The position numbers and the translations under genes were made by a program. The notes below the pieces were generated by a model. That model searched no databases, was not told where the DNA came from, and saw only the letters and a program-made list of their open reading frames with translations. A stretch of DNA of 63,634 nt, the filler included, from Octopus bimaculoides (taxonomy: Eukaryota), in the NCBI RefSeq assembly GCF_001194135.2. It is 8 parts of 7 records of this genome, joined end to end, with 100 filler letters (N's around TTAATTAATTAA, not from the genome) between each part and the next. Parts side by side here need not be neighbours in the genome. Positions count along the whole stretch, not along the records: positions 1 to 3,233 come from NC_068993.1; positions 3,334 to 7,164 come from NC_068999.1; positions 7,265 to 20,199 come from NC_068981.1; 5 more parts are not named here. The stretch is one strand, 5' to 3'. Numbering within the stretch: the stretch's first letter is position 1; each line of letters starts with the position of its first letter. Shown here piece by piece: positions 1 to 13,155 of this stretch.

Positions 1-363
1 TACATATGCATTTACGAATACATGCATCTATGTGTGTGTGTGGGTGAGTATATGTGTATGCACGTATGTATATATATGTATGTGTGTAGGTATGTATGCG
101 TCTATGTTTATTTATTAAACTGTATAAACATGGAATGAATATATTCCTCATTAGCAATCGATCTGGTTTGTCTTAGAAATCAGAAACCAAACAAACGACC
201 ATTCCTCTCGCCCTTCATCACTTCGCATTTCCATTTGAATTCGTTTCATTCCCGTCTAAACCATTGCCATCTCCTCCCTCTCTCTCCGTCCTCCTCCTTC
301 CACTAACTACTTTCCTATAAATGCATCAATCAGCCTCCTCTCTATCTGTCTGTCTCCTCCTCT

Positions 364-398
<35 letters not shown>

Positions 399-852
399 TC
401 TCTCTCTCTCTTTCCTCTCCTTCATACACATTGATTATATACTCTCTGTCTGTATCTATCGGTGTATCTGTCTATCTAATCTAATTTATATATATACATA
501 TGCGTGTATGTGTGTGTTTATATATTCATATATATATATANNNNNNNNNNNNNNNNNNNNNNNNNNNNNNNNNNNNNNNNNNNNNNNNNNNNNNNNNNNN
601 NNNNNNNNNNNNNNNNNNNNNNNNNNNNNNNNNNNNNNNNNNNNNNNNNNNNNNNNNNNNNNNNNNNNNNNNNNNNNNNNNNNNNNNNNNNNNNNNNNNN
701 NNNNNNNNNNNNNNNNNNNNNNNNNNNNNNNNNNNNNNNNNNNNNNNNNNNNNNNNNNNNNNNNNNNNNNNNNNNNNNNNNNNNNNNNNNNNNNNNNNNN
801 NNNNNNNNNNNNNNNNNNNNNNNNNNNNNNNNNNNNNNNNNNNNNNNNNNNN

Positions 853-886
<34 letters not shown>

Positions 887-959
887 TATAAATGTATATA
901 TATACATAATATATATATAATATACATATATATGTATATATGTATGAATGTAGGTAGGT

Positions 960-997
<38 letters not shown>

Positions 998-2189
998 CTA
1001 GAGAGAGATGACAGATGATACATAGAGAGAGGGGGAACGGAGGGGGAGATTATATGCAGATATATATATAGATATATATTTATCTATATATGTGTGTGTA
1101 TGTATGTGTGTGTATGTATGTGTGTGTCTGCGTTGTTCACAGTTTTTCATACATTTTTTTTGCTTTTAACCCTCCTTTACCAAATCACAAGAATCCAAGG
1201 AATCACTGGGAAAAATGCTTATTTCCTGTTTCTATAACATTAAACCAATAAAATTAACCAATATTGTGCCATCTACTCTTAGATAAGTTACAATTCTATT
1301 GGATTTTTTTAATGCTCATCAAATAATTTTATTTCACTTCTAAAGACGGGGATGGATGTCAAAAATAAAGTCATGGATTTTATAATATTTCCAAGGCTGG
1401 TTGCAGTGAATTACGTCACCAGCAGCTCAAAGAAGCCTTTATGTGGTCATCTGATTTTCTAGAAATGGCAGTTAAGTTATCTTTAAATCTTAGCCTACTA
1501 TCTTAGAGATATCTGTAATTCAAAAAGTACACCTTTGTCCTCACACACGCAGATTCTACCTGAAGGATTGCGTTAAAAGATACGCGTGTCTGTGGGATAC
1601 TCAGTCACTTGCACGTGAATTCATCAGCAGTTAATTCAGCTGAATCCCCGTGGTCGTACGACGGAGATCCAGCACTGATTTTTTTTTTTTTTTAAATATC
1701 AACGACGACGGTGTGTAAATGAAAGGCAGTGTATTAAAACAATTGTTAGAACGTCACATAAAATACATAAACGGTATTTCTTCCAGTTTTCCACGTTTTG
1801 AGTTCAAATCCCACCGAAGTCACTCTTGCCGTTCATCCCTCTGGGGTCTATAAAACGAAGTACCAGTCAAGAACTGAACTCAATTTACTCAGTTCTTTCT
1901 TTCCCGCAAAATTTGTGGTCGACTATCTGTAATAGTAATAATACAAAGAATATATATGCATGTATACACACATACATGTACATACTTACATCTACATGTG
2001 TATATAGATGCATATCAGGATACAAGACGTTAGAACAATGAACTACAGACAACGGAACGAACACATAGGCAAACAGATAGCCACTTGGAATTAATCCTTC
2101 GTCAGTAACTGTTGTTGTTGTTGTTGCTGCTGCTCCTGCTGTTATTGTTGCTGCTGTTGTTGTTGTTATTGTTGCGGTTGCTGCTGCTG

Positions 2190-2760
2190 CTACTGTTTCT
2201 CTTCTCTATCCCAAATCATTATATCGGGTCTGTTGTCCTTACATTTTATTGAGGTGTTCACTGGGACATTCCACCAGTACTCCTTTTTATTATGAGTGGC
2301 TATGGCTTCTACCTGTGGGTTCATATTTATTTGTCCTTGGGGGTTATCCTTCCGACGGATTTCTTTATAGAGTGTCCTAGTTACAACATCAAGTCTCATC
2401 GGTAGATAATACCGTGATGACATTTTCGGATAACTGCTTATGATGTGGATGATATCTTTGGCGTTAACTCCACGAAGTCTGCATCGGTTGTCACATTTTA
2501 CTGCTTTTCCTGCATCTCTATCCTTTGTGTGCATCAGGTACTTGGTTGGTACTTCCTGTTCCTGGATTGCAAACGCATACCCTTCAAAGTGGAAGGTAGT
2601 AATCTGGCTATTGGTCCATGATAGACTGCTTTAATGATCAATGTTACTATCTTCTCGGAGCTTTTTAATAACATATCCATGCACAGTCTTCTGCTCATAT
2701 AGGCTCATCCTTTCATCTGATGATACATTGCGGTAGAATCGTGCGACTTATTTGGACATG
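2190..2760 (-). mobile_element. Fragment of an RLE-type (R4/Dong-like) non-LTR retrotransposon, C-terminal region
   Basis: Degenerate translation FEGYAFAIQEQEVPTKYL...NRCRLxG...IIHIISSxPKM...RxDVV...WWNVPVNTSIKCKDNRPDIMIWDRE gives a decayed CCHC knuckle, an RHD-like motif and the RPD start of a restriction-like endonuclease. In-frame stops are present. Confidence 0.8.
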
Positions 2761-2861
2761 TATTCTAGGTTATACGTATGTATGTATGCATGTATGTATG
2801 TATGTATGCATGTGTATGCACGTATGTATAAACGTATGTATGTATGTATGTATGTATGTAT

Positions 2862-2930
<69 letters not shown>

Positions 2931-3233
2931 CACACGCAACCCTACACACATACAGACACATACATATATGTACACACACGCGCACATGCACAAATATACA
3001 TGCACACACAATCTCATGCTTATACATAGAAGTACAGTAACTAGACAAATGCACACACACACACACACACACACAAACACAGGATATCAAATTCGTTTAA
3101 ATAAAAATAATCTGAAAAAAATGATTAATTAAAAATATTCAGTTTATTATTTGTCTCGCTATCTCTTTCTCCCTTCTGTCGATCTGTCTGTCTGTCTCTC
3201 TCTCTATATATATGTGTGTATATATATATATAT

Positions 3234-3333
3234 NNNNNNNNNNNNNNNNNNNNNNNNNNNNNNNNNNNNNNNNNNNNTTAATTAATTAANNNNNNNNNNN
3301 NNNNNNNNNNNNNNNNNNNNNNNNNNNNNNNNN
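3234..3333. other. Assembly gap of fixed 100 bp with a six-frame-stop linker TTAATTAATTAA
   Basis: 44 N + TTAATTAATTAA + 44 N. The linker recurs at 3278, 7209, 20244, 30910, 39415, 55344 and 57443. Confidence 0.95.
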
Positions 3334-3393
3334 GATCACTTGATACATATGAGTGCGTGTGCGCGCGTGTATGTATACATGTGTGTGTATATA

Positions 3394-3430
<37 letters not shown>

Positions 3431-3457
3431 AGAGAGAGAGAGTGTGAAATAGATAGG

Positions 3458-3520
<63 letters not shown>

Positions 3521-3855
3521 TTATGTTCTTTATGTTCGTTTATAGAAAACGTTTTTGAGTGATCTCATAAAAAGTTTTTTCCTGGCTACTTTTTGTTATT
3601 CCCATCTTCCAACATGTAATAATGGTTCTCCTTAAAAAACCATGGATATTGCAAATTAAATTTGTAATGTCCTATGGATAGGGAATACAGGCACAAAAAT
3701 CGTGTGCATTGTGGAAACGTGCATAGCAAAGCATTAAAGTATTTATGAATTTGCATCCTAAAGTTTTCATCATGGCTAATAACCATCCCATATATTGTTT
3801 TATATACATACATATATATAAATATAATTAAGGGATCAGCAAATATTTGCTTCAC

Positions 3856-3919
<64 letters not shown>

Positions 3920-5805
3920 CAATATACATACAATATACTTAATATACTTATATATGTTATATATATATATATATATATATAAAAGTATATTAAGTATATT
4001 GTATGTATATTGTAATAAAAATGGTGTATTTATGTGTGTATGCTTGCAGGAGTGTATGTATCTATAACAGAAAGCGTCAAAAACTTTAATGAGCAAAAGT
4101 ACTGTTTCTAAATCTACTGGTTTCACTTTTTCAAAGATATTCATCGTTTTGTAATTAATAATGATTTAATTTCATGACTGCTTAACAACTTGTTTTAGGC
4201 AATATTGTTTTAATTTAAAAGACAGATATTGACAGTATCAGGAGAAGTAATATATTATTTTTATCAACAGAACCAGAGGCAGTAATAGAATGTTAATTTA
4301 CTTCTATTAAGAATAGTGACAAATATATATATAAATTAATTAAGCGCACATATTTTCGCTATTTTTCAATGAATAGTCTCTCTCTTTATCCGCTATGGTG
4401 CAAATATACCGCATGTTTATAATATATAAATGAATATATCCACATTCATACAAACATGTGTGTGAAGGAATATACAAATATAAATGCATATATTAATATA
4501 TGTTTATATATATATGCATATATGTATGTATATGTGTGCGTATATACTTATATATGCATATATATAATTTAATGTATATCTGTATATATATGTTTATACG
4601 TGTATGTGTGTATGTGTACGTGTATGTGTAAGAGAGAGAGAGAGAGATAGAGTACATTAGTGGCTATCTGTAACAATGATTGCTCAACGCCGCATTTGGG
4701 GGGGGGGATATATTTTATATTTGTGGATTTGCAACGCCACCATTGGTTTCATGCAGTTCCAATATTTGTTTATTAAATTAAAACAATATTAAAACAGTAT
4801 AAGACTACGTACTCTCATGTAGCCTTATCCAAATTGGGGATGTATTATCAAAAGTTGATAACTGCGACAATTTCACATGAAACCAATGGTAGCATTGTAA
4901 ATAGATAGATGTCAGATATAATTTAGTTGTTGACTTTTTTAATCAAAATATCCAAAAATGGGGGCTGTTCTTTGCTATATTCCATTGTGAATTCAATGTT
5001 ACTGTTTATATCATTTAGTGTTGATTTAAATTCCAAAATGTATAAATTGTCACCGTCCAAATGATAAAGCAGTCATCCAGGTATCTTTTCCAGTTTTCTC
5101 TTATGTAATGGTGAAATGGATAACCATATTTTTGCAGTGACACTTCATATATGGTAAATTCAAAATAACCCATTATCAGGTTCGCAAGAACAGGGGCGCT
5201 TTCGTTCCTATTGCAATTGCGCGTTTTTGACGATAACAGGTGTTAACAAATAGGAAATAATTGTTAACAAATAGGGAATAATTGTTCTGAAGTATAAATT
5301 TTAAAGATTCAATAATAAAGACCTGGTTTATGCATTCTGGAAATACTTAGGGATACTTTTCCAACAAGAATTTGATTGCTTTTATCCCTTAGTCATGTGG
5401 GAAGTTGGTGTAAAGATTCATAACATCGAAGGAAACCAATAATATATATTCGCCCCGCCCCCTACCGAAAGATGGACAATTATCTCCCCTGTCCACAATA
5501 ATAACGATAACCAATTGCCTACTCTTAGAAATGTCGCTAATATTCATGAAGAGGAGGAAAAGCAGGGGGGGCAGGAGGAGCAGGAGGAGCAGGAAGAGTA
5601 GGAGGAGGGCAGCAACAGTAGCAACAACAATATCAATAGTTTGCTATTATATTTATATAAGAAATAATTGCTAATTCTAATTACTATTAGGAATAATTTT
5701 TATATTATGATTATTTTGAATATAATGAATCAGAAAGAGCATTATGGTAGAACACAATAGCGCATAGACAGTGAAACATAAGATGAATTGTCATATATAA
5801 ATATA

Positions 5806-6687
5806 TATCAGATTAAGTAAAAAGTAAGCAACGTTTTGAACCATGAAGAATTTGTACCGGAGTTTTGCAGAGTTTTGAATTTTTTAAGACAAGTTAGCCA
5901 GAAAACTGTCTGCAACTATTTGCATGCGATCGAAAAATCAAAAAAGCTCGACAAATGAGTACCACACGGCTTGAATGAAAATCAGAAAATGCGCAGATAT
6001 GAAATTTGCTCGTCGCTTCTTCTCCGTAACCAGACCGATCCATTTCTCGACCGTATTGTAACTTGCGATGAAAAGTGGATTTTGTACAATGATAAAAAAC
6101 GTTCTTCGCTGTGGTTGGACCAAAATGAAGCACTGAAAACCTTCCCTAAACCCGAGCTCTTCAAAAAGAAAGTTATGGTGACTATTTGGTGGTATGCTGC
6201 TGGACTCATTCACTATAATTTCTTAAAACCTAGTAAAACCATTACTGCAGAAACATATTACCATGAAATTGCCAAAATGAACGAAAACTGTTACTCCTCC
6301 GTTCCAAACTGGTCAACAGAAGAAAGCCAATCATTCTTCATGACAATGCTCGACCACACGTTTCACTAATGACGCTCCAAATGTTGAGGGAACTTGGCAA
6401 CGAAGTTCTTCCCCACCCAGCTTATTATCCAGACCTTTCTGCTACTTTTTCAAGCACCTTAATGATTTCCTGCGAGAGAAGGAGTTCAAAAAGTGCCTTC
6501 AAAGAGTTCATCAGCTCCAGAACTCCAGCTTTTTATGTTACTAGAATAAACAAACTTGTAACTCGTTGGCAAAAATGTGTTGATCGTAATGGTACTTGCT
6601 TTGATGAATAAAATTTCCGCATTGTTGAAATATATTGTGATGAATTTCATGTTTCACAACGTTGCTTACTTTTTACTCAGCTTGCAA
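5806..6687 (+). mobile_element. Mariner DNA transposon, internally deleted, pseudogenised transposase
   Basis: Transposase motifs [30 protein letters not shown] (alternate frame), [10 protein letters not shown] and RWQKCV. Imperfect TIRs share AGTAAAAAGTAAGCAACGTT at about 5816-5835 and 6659-6678; flanked by TA. The N-terminal HTH region is largely missing. Confidence 0.9.
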
Positions 6688-6850
6688 TATATGCATATCA
6701 AGAAAATAAGACAAGGTAGAAATGCTAAAATAATTTTATCATAGAATACATTTTGTAACGGTTAGTCCCAGTTTCAGTCTTTTCGACTTTTTCAACTAAG
6801 AGTAAAACAAAGCTGGATATTAATTGAGATATTTATATCCACCTTTGTTT

Positions 6851-6914
<64 letters not shown>

Positions 6915-7100
6915 GGGAGAATAGCTTTCCTTTGGACATATATTGAAGTTATTTGTTTATGTATGCATGTGTGTATGCATACATATATATATATACATAT
7001 ACATACATATATATATATATATACATATACATACATATATATATATACATATATATATACATATACATACATATATATATATATATATACATATACATAC

Positions 7101-7135
<35 letters not shown>

Positions 7136-8582
7136 CATATACATACATATATATATATACATATNNNNNNNNNNNNNNNNNNNNNNNNNNNNNNNNNNNN
7201 NNNNNNNNTTAATTAATTAANNNNNNNNNNNNNNNNNNNNNNNNNNNNNNNNNNNNNNNNNNNNTATATATACACACACACACACACATACATATATACA
7301 TGTGAAAGTAGGTGGGCGCCAATGTGCATATCACAAAATATAAACTATGGTTATATATAATACCAGCCATGTGAAGAATCTCAGTTGAGTTGCATCTGGT
7401 GTGACCTATTTTTCCTGTCTCTATTTACCGAAACAAAAGGCAACTCGAGACATTCACTCGCCAAGTTTCTTTGAATGAGGAGCAATGCTAACTCCGGCAA
7501 TCTACTCTCAGCCATTGTAGAATTTGATGTGCTTTAAACAAATGAAAGATCATTCAGCACCTACGCTAGTTATTAGTAAAGTTGAGAAAATGTGGTACAA
7601 TGCGAACAGGTAAGGAAAGATCGGTTCCTGAACCCTTGATGTTACTTCTAGTGTTCAACATTACTTTGCATCTATAATACTATCTTCCTAAACTATTTTG
7701 TCGCAAGTTCTATTCCCAAATTCTATTTTCCAAACACTTGTTTCAAAGATGAAAGACACCTTTTATCTCTTTTCTCAGCTCAGCATTGTATACAATTAAA
7801 AAGCCGGGTCCCAAGATAACACCAACAGCCTGTAAAAATAGATTTATGGAAGTTAAAAATTATCGTGACACAAGATGTCTAACACTACGATTCTTGAAGA
7901 AGTGTTTTGGCTATGATAACACAGAACTCCCTAAATTTTTTTGTACACATCGATATGATAGTGCAAAGGCTTGAGGCCACGTAATGCTTTCAAATGATCT
8001 TACTCATCATCATCATCACAACGTATTCACACATCAATGAAGAAAGTTTTGCAATCTTCAAAAACACTGAGTAGAACAGGATTCAACAAGAAACAGAATC
8101 AAAGCTCACAGCATTCAACAATATCACAATAACCAACATAGACACTACAGTACACACATAGAAGACAAAATTTAACCGAATCTGATAAGCCTAATGTATC
8201 ATAAATGAATATAATGTAAATTATACAATTGAAAAAGTCAACCTGAAAAAATAAGAGGGGTGATCTCAACGACAACATTACAGGGAACTGAAGTAAAAAA
8301 AAGAAAAGCTAATCAAACTAGCACCACTCAGAAATAGAAAAAAAGCAGCAGACCAAATAGAGTTAAACATTGCAAACAAATTTAAAAATTTGTAGTAAAA
8401 CAATATTCCAGATATTTTGAAACAGCCATCATTCTCCATGCCATATATATATATATATATATATATTAGGTATGGTAGATAAGCTCAGCAAAAATTTAGA
8501 TTCAGACGAATATGGTACTTAAGTTGAGGCACCAGAATTTAGTACGGTATTATCCATACAATTTCAAAGTAAGGTGATTAAA

Positions 8583-8750
8583 ATCAAAATAAGCAACAAG
8601 GATATCTAGAGGTAATGCAGTACGATCGTTTCATGCAACTCCATTTAATTTAACAATGCAATCATTGTAATGATTGCATTGTTAAATTAAATGGAGTTGC
8701 ATGAAACAATCGTACTGTATTACCTCTGGATATCCTTGTTGCTTATTTTG

Positions 8751-8752
<2 letters not shown>
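8583..8752. repeat. 170-bp near-perfect palindrome (foldback)
   Basis: The two arms of about 84 bp are reverse complements with 3 mismatches, around a 2-4 nt centre (atcat-tgta-atgat). Confidence 0.92.
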
Positions 8753-8781
<29 letters not shown>

Positions 8782-9079
8782 ATGTGATATATGTTTGTGT
8801 GTCTGTGTTTGTTCCCTTACCATCACCTGACAACCGATGCTGGTGTGTTTACATCCCCATAACTTAGCGGGTCGACAAAAGAGACCTATAGAATAATCAC
8901 TAGGCTTATAAAGAATAAGTCCTGTGGGCGATTTATTCGACTAATGGCGGTGCTCCAGCATGGTCTCAGTCAAATGACTGAAACAAGTAAAAGAGTAAAG
9001 AGTATAACCAGATACATTTTAAAGAAAAAAAGTCTCTCCAGTTTTTTTCTAACATTCAAAGTGTAAATTATGAAACTGT

Positions 9080-9720
9080 AGAATGAGAGGCGAACGTACT
9101 TCAAGAAGATATAGAGACAGCACATCTAGCGAACAGGCAGAAACAAAACGTTTGATGTGTAAACATCAGTCGGTCATGAACGGTATCGAAGTTGTTTTGC
9201 CCCCCAAGATCTTCCCAAAAAACTACAAAAATCACAAACAGAAGCTTTGCCTCCCCACAATATACATGTTGATTAGGACCACAGACTATGTACTGTAGAA
9301 AAGGAAAACCCTAAAAGTCAAAAACACCACCTGGACATATGATGAGCAGGGTTTGTTCCCACAGGAAACTACAACTTGTACAGTCACTGCAACAACACAT
9401 CCACAACAGCCCAGAAGGCGACTGTCAGACAAACAACAGCTCTCACCTTGTCCACTTTTTGTGACCACCACCAAAATTTACGTTCATAAATAGAGTGGGG
9501 AGTAGAGACAGTGTAACATGCCCACATTGTAACACTGCATCGCATACAATTCATCACTGCATAACTAAGGCGGTCGTCAATTAGACGAAGACATCGTGTA
9601 TGGCGAACAACGAACGAATGTGTAAGTCGCACCAAATCGTTGGCTGACAACTTGCGCACCATAAATCTAACGATCAACCAGGGTGAGAAGATTGAGGGTG
9701 AAGACTGGGGAAAGGGGTGT
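9080..9720 (+). mobile_element. Degraded LINE 3' fragment (I/Jockey-group-like zinc knuckle)
   Basis: The translation RVGSRDSVTCPHCNTASHTIHHCI resembles the C-terminal CCHC region of APE-type LINEs. Multiple stops and frameshifts; clade not certain. Confidence 0.45.
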
Positions 9721-10852
9721 CAACAGCCACGACGAGGAGGAAGAGGTGATGGTGGAACGGAAAGAGGAAGATGAGTGAATGAAGAGGAACTGGAATTCAC
9801 AAATAAAAGAGCGAGTTATTATTTCTTGATAGGCATGTTGCTCAAAGTTGATTATATTTTCCAACATATACAGGAATGGTAAAGGAACATGTTATAAGAT
9901 GCAAGACTAAGAGAAGAAAAGAAGTTACTGTGCTTGTTGAAGTATTAATATCTTTCTCCAGACATCTGAAGACTGTCTTGAAAGACTGAAGAAAACTATT
10001 TAATCTTTGACTCTAAAATCATGATGAAAAGTCTTTAAATTAGCTATTTAATCTTTTTAACGTTTAGTAATGTTTTTATCATCATCATCACCAGTAGTAG
10101 TAGTAGTAGTTGTAGTAGTAGTAGTAGTAGTAGTAGTTGTTGTTGTTGTTGTTGTTGTTGTTGTTGCTGTTCCAGATTTAAGTGAAATATTTTTGTGTGA
10201 TCAAAAGTTTATAGCAACAATTAAGCGCTTTTTATTATGTTTTTGTTTCTTATTGTTCGGTTTTGGTGTTCATGTCTTTTTATTGAAATTACAAAACGTA
10301 TTACAGTATTTACTAATTTCCACCCAAAGCAACATATTGGTTCAGTGGCCGACGGCTGGCTTACCGTGGTGCAGTGCTACAAATCAGAAATTCACGGCTG
10401 GTCTCTTTTCTCGGGGAATCAACCTGATTTCCATTTATTTTGTACCACTTTTTACAGAGAAGAATTCCTCTGCACCGTTTTGGCTGCTTTTGTCTTTGTC
10501 CTACTTAAATATGGCAGCAGAGGTTTGAAGTTCATTTCTATCCATGTTCTTTTTAGTTTATAAGCAGAAGACGGTTCGATTCGTAGGATCTGCTAGCACG
10601 TGTCTGGTGATACAGGGACAACGTCGCATTCTTGAGTATCACTGTCATTGTTGTAAGCGTCATTGACTTTCATATCGTCATCATTTTAATTGTTTTTATC
10701 ATCAACCTCATCGTCGTCGTCGTCGTCGTCGTCGTTACCACGACAATAGTGATAATCCTTATCATTATAGTCAGTAACCATGGCAACAGCCCTAATCCAG
10801 GTTTGATTTCTGTGTTTTTAAAGAAAAAGGAATGAGCACCACAACACAACTT

Positions 10853-11939
10853 CTCTCGTCAACAAAATAAAACTTTTATTTTCTAGCATAAAATCTAAGA
10901 ACTGTTTTAGACTAATGTTTGGGTGCTGATTCCAAAACTGACCTCAGATTTGCTCCATGACATTACATTTCACTCCACAGGCTCAAAGGCGCAACATTAA
11001 TAACTTTGTCAAGGTGTATCATGCTTACTTTAAAGTAACACTTGGAGACCAGGACAAAACCTGGGCTCGCCACAGACTTTGCAAAACTTGTGTCGAAACT
11101 TGGTGTGATGAAGAAATTTATCAAAGTTCTTGATCACAGTGGAGATCGCTCCAGATATACTTGTACAACCTTTCCAAGTGTCAGCGACGAGAAGAAGAAG
11201 GCAGGAATATTTAATGGACCTCAAATAAGAACACGCTTCAGAGATCCACATTTTGTTATAACAATGAATGCGGCAGAGGAAGCTAGAGCTTGTAATGGCT
11301 TCTTTGGTGTGGTGTGGAATTTCAAGAGATTATGGAGGAGCTTCTCTTGAGTTTGCAAGCACTTGGATGTAGAATGAGCATTAAATTGCACTACGTAAGT
11401 CACTTGGGTGAGTTTCCAGAGGACCTGGATCGTTGACGTTAGCGAGGAACAAGGCAAACACTTTCATCCAGATGTAAAAGTAATGGAAGAATGCTATCAA
11501 GGCCGATGGGAGTGAAACATGATGGCAGATTACTGCTGGAGCTTGATGAGAGACATTCCAGAAGCTGTACACAGGAGATTGCAGTAATAAGACGGTCAGA
11601 ATTAATGGCCTCAATGAATAGAGATTTTGCATTCATATTTTGTTATAACCAGGCTTAATTCTTACATGCTAATGTGCATTTATTCCCACAACTTTGTGTT
11701 TTGATCTATTAAATTAAAAAAAACATACATATTATCTATTAAAAATTGCATCTACGCATGTTTAATTCTTCCTTTATGACCGTTAAATAGCAGTCTATAG
11801 CAAAACAAAAATATTTCATATCTCAAAAATCTAATGTGATAGACAAAATCTGATGCCAGATTTCGATTCAGCATCCCCAAATTAGCTAAAAAAAGAAACA
11901 TTGATAAAGCTTGTACCAGAAAATATGTGTTGACCAGTG
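10853..11939 (+). mobile_element. Chapaev3-like (CMC) DNA transposon, internally deleted
   Basis: Degenerate transposase C-terminus AGIFNGPQIR...LHY..EFPEDLG..SEEQGxHFHPDVKVMEECYQGRW..MMADYCWSLMRD. The 3' end is ...TGACCAGTG followed by TTA. Subterminal inverted similarity between about 10905-10950 and about 11845-11890. The 5' terminus is eroded, and the family assignment is from recalled motifs. Confidence 0.65.
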
Positions 11940-12419
11940 TTATCTCTCTTGCAAATCTTTGACAGGATTTAAGTTCCAAAGGAAGGACCTGCTTAACAAT
12001 GTCAGACACAAAGTGTGTTAGTCATGCTATATAACAGAATGTCTGTCACTGTTTTTAAAAAGATCTTATATTTTAAGTTAAAAAGTACTGAATTGCAAAA
12101 ATATTTTATTATAAATGTGTAGTCGCGTGTAAGTAACAATCAAAAGGACATTTCAATGAAAAGAACTTTACATATTCAGTGAGTTTTAGTAATTCAGTAA
12201 GACTGGTGGACGAACGAAAACGACCAAAAGAGACAAAGCAATCATAAGATTGATAATGTAAAGTGAGACCAACCATGATGAATTAACCAATGGAAATAAA
12301 GGGCACTGAAAAGAAAAAGGATATAACACAGATTTTCATCAAATCGTTCAGCTTAAAATACGGACTGGCATTGAGCAGGACGCTTCCTCTTTCATTTCTG
12401 AGTTGCAGCATCTGAAGGT

Positions 12420-12495
<76 letters not shown>

Positions 12496-12848
12496 TTGGA
12501 GTTTCTTAAGGTCGTGTGCCTTTGAGATAAGAGTTTCTAATGTTTCAGATACATTCCTTATTCGTTGAGCGAGAAAAGCATTTTTCTCCAAATTGAGTCC
12601 ATGAGAAAAATTAACGCAGCAGAGAGTGGACAGGAAATGGCAGAGAATTGGTGATTGTAGTCGAGTAGTTGGAAAGAGAAGAGAAAAGCGATTAGCAAAA
12701 GAAAAGTTGGGATGGGATTAAGTTGGAGGTGGAGAAAGGATCATAGTGGAAAGGGAAGGGGTTAGACGTGGAGAAGAATTCAAGGATTTTGTCTGCAACA
12801 GCAAACTTAGGAATCTCAAATTTTACGAATAATTACAACTTTTGCTGG

Positions 12849-13111
12849 TGTTGTGATGATAGCTACGATGCCCCCTTGCGAGAGATAGACTGGGCCGAGT
12901 AAGTATAAATAGCAACGATCCGAGTGAGTTCAAAGTTCAGAGTTCGGAGTCGAGTGAAGTTCTTGTTCGCATTGAAGTCAGAAGGTGTCGGTTGGTTAGT
13001 TTACAAGGAATATTGATTGTTGGTTCTTAAAGAGGTTTGTTAGTTCATTACATTGTTGTTACTGTTGTCTGGTTATCTTATTTATTGCGTGTAACAAAAT
13101 ACGTTACAACA
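12849..13111 (+). repeat. 5' LTR (263 bp)
   Basis: TG...CA termini, TATA-like GTATAAATAG at about 12903, and homology to 17771-17971. Confidence 0.9.
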
Positions 13112-13155
13112 TCTGGCGACGGGGGTTTCGAATTCGTGATACAAATTGTTAAATA

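Noticed and set aside
500-1023. Long ORFs rich in Y/I/H/T/C/V or X, here and at about 6830-7220, 31480-32790, 41560-43190 and 48070-48770
   Set aside because: They are translations of (TA)n/(CA)n/(ATAC)n microsatellites and N runs, not genes.
4697-5462. Possible MITE with G-rich termini and an internal inverted repeat (about 4727-4765 vs 4874-4902)
   Set aside because: The termini are too degenerate and there is no TSD, so boundaries and class cannot be supported.
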